A stretch of 64,000 bases of DNA, from contig JANNQV010000035.1 in the NCBI GenBank assembly GCA_031400935.1, positions 1 to 64,000 of the forward strand. Direction: 5' to 3'. The position numbers were made by a program, and so were the translations under genes. This document shows, piece after piece, positions 63,134 to 64,000 of the stretch (position 1 is its first letter; each line of letters starts with the position of its first letter). The notes below the pieces were generated by a model. The model was not told the DNA's origin. It did no database searches and worked only from the letters and a program-made list of their open reading frames with translations. The stretch comes from Armatimonadota bacterium (GTDB lineage Bacteria; Armatimonadota; Fimbriimonadia; Fimbriimonadales; Fimbriimonadaceae).

Positions 63134-64000
63134 ATGAAACAAAACAAAATCTTTCGAATCGTAACTATGAGCCTTGCAACGATGGCATTGTGCGCTGTTG
63201 TATTTGCACAAGCCGGCCCTCCTCAAGGCGGTCCCGGTGGACAAGGCGGACCGGGAGGGCAAGGCGCTCAAGCCGGACCAAGGCAAGGCGGCCAAGGCGG
63301 ACCAAACCAAATGCAGCGGCGTGGGCCCGGCGCTGGAATGATGCTCGTCCGGATGAGTTCGGTTCAAAAGGAACTTGAAATGTCAGCCGAACAGATCAAG
63401 CAGATTAACGAATTGCGCCCCATGATGAGCGGCCCAGGTGGGCAGGGTGGCCCCGGCGGGCCGGGCGGACCTCCTCAGGGTGGCGGGCAAGGCCAGCCTC
63501 CGCGTGGCGGCGGGCAGCCTCCTGCAGGACAAGGCGGACCACCACAAGGCGGACCTCCTCAGGGCGGCGGATTTGGACAGCCTCCCCAAGGTCAGGGTAG
63601 GCCGGGTGGACCTCCTCAAGGCGGTGGATTCGGACAAGGCGGCCCAGGACAGGGAATGAACAACCCGTTGAACGACATCCTTTCCCAAAAGCAAACGAAG
63701 CGGCTACATCAGCTTGAGCTTCAGTTCAATGCGCCGATGAGCATGTTGCAGCAGGAAGCGAACAAGGAGCTCAAATTCACTGAAGAACAGCGAATTGAAA
63801 TTGACGACATAATCAAAAAGTCTGGCCTCATAATGAGGGGCGGGCCTGGACAAGGTGGTCCCGGCGGACCTCCTCCTAATGGACAAGGCGCCGGATTTGG
63901 CGCACCTCCCCAGGGTGGCGGACAGCCTCCTCGTGGCGGCGGACAACCACCTGCGGGTCAAGGCGGATCTGCCCAAGGTGGCGGCCAAGGAGGCCCTCCT
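63134..64000 (+). CDS. Exported Gly/Pro/Gln-rich protein with Spy/CpxP-like LTxxQ segments (runs off window)
   Basis: Manual translation: MKQNKIFRIVTMSLATMALCAVVFAQAGPPQGG...VQKELEMSAEQ...ILSQKQTKRLHQLELQ...KELKFTEEQ; no stop seen before 64000. Confidence 0.85.
   Translation, partial: MKQNKIFRIVTMSLATMALCAVVFAQAGPPQGGPGGQGGPGGQGAQAGPRQGGQGGPNQMQRRGPGAGMMLVRMSSVQKELEMSAEQIKQINELRPMMSGPGGQGGPGGPGGPPQGGGQGQPPRGGGQPPAGQGGPPQGGPPQGGGFGQPPQGQGRPGGPPQGGGFGQGGPGQGMNNPLNDILSQKQTKRLHQLELQFNAPMSMLQQEANKELKFTEEQRIEIDDIIKKSGLIMRGGPGQGGPGGPPPNGQGAGFGAPPQGGGQPPRGGGQPPAGQGGSAQGGGQGGPP

Noticed and set aside
63134..64000. Collagen-like protein
   Set aside because: Gly-rich but not Gly-X-Y periodic; short track ORFs here are alternate frames.

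Overview
A gene-dense 64-kb bacterial chromosomal segment. The PEP-CTERM proteins, dockerin-like C-termini, TIGR03790 and LptA-like genes suggest an Armatimonadota/Fimbriimonas-like diderm; this is inference, not a database result. Housekeeping content: purQ-purS, ccmBCD, folK, a pilC/gspF-family gene, rnc, yajQ, a DinG-family helicase, cvfB, ftcD, thrC, rhaB-lutA-lutBC, purM, prfA, a ubiD/mqnL-type gene, an OmpR-type two-component system and four tRNAs (His-GTG, Leu-GAG, Gln-TTG, Ser-CGA). Accessory content: surface proteins, a DUF433/PIN toxin-antitoxin pair and a RhuM/HNH islet. Most notable observations: (1) a deiodinase-like selenoprotein split in the ORF track by an in-frame UGA followed by a SECIS-like hairpin; (2) a dockerin-bearing ~1000-aa exported protein next to a cohesin-like PEP-CTERM anchor, a candidate cellulosome-like surface assembly pair; (3) several families of REP/REPIN-like palindromes and 7-10-bp tandem repeats that occur between genes and also in frame inside enzymes, including a LutB-LutC fusion linker that is complementary to an insert in lutA; (4) apparently widespread leaderless genes; (5) an unannotated ccmD, a candidate anti-Shine-Dalgarno sRNA or attenuator, a sigma54 promoter, DnaA boxes and paired OmpR boxes. 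No CRISPR array, rRNA, integrase or transposase was seen. All family assignments are from motif recognition by eye.
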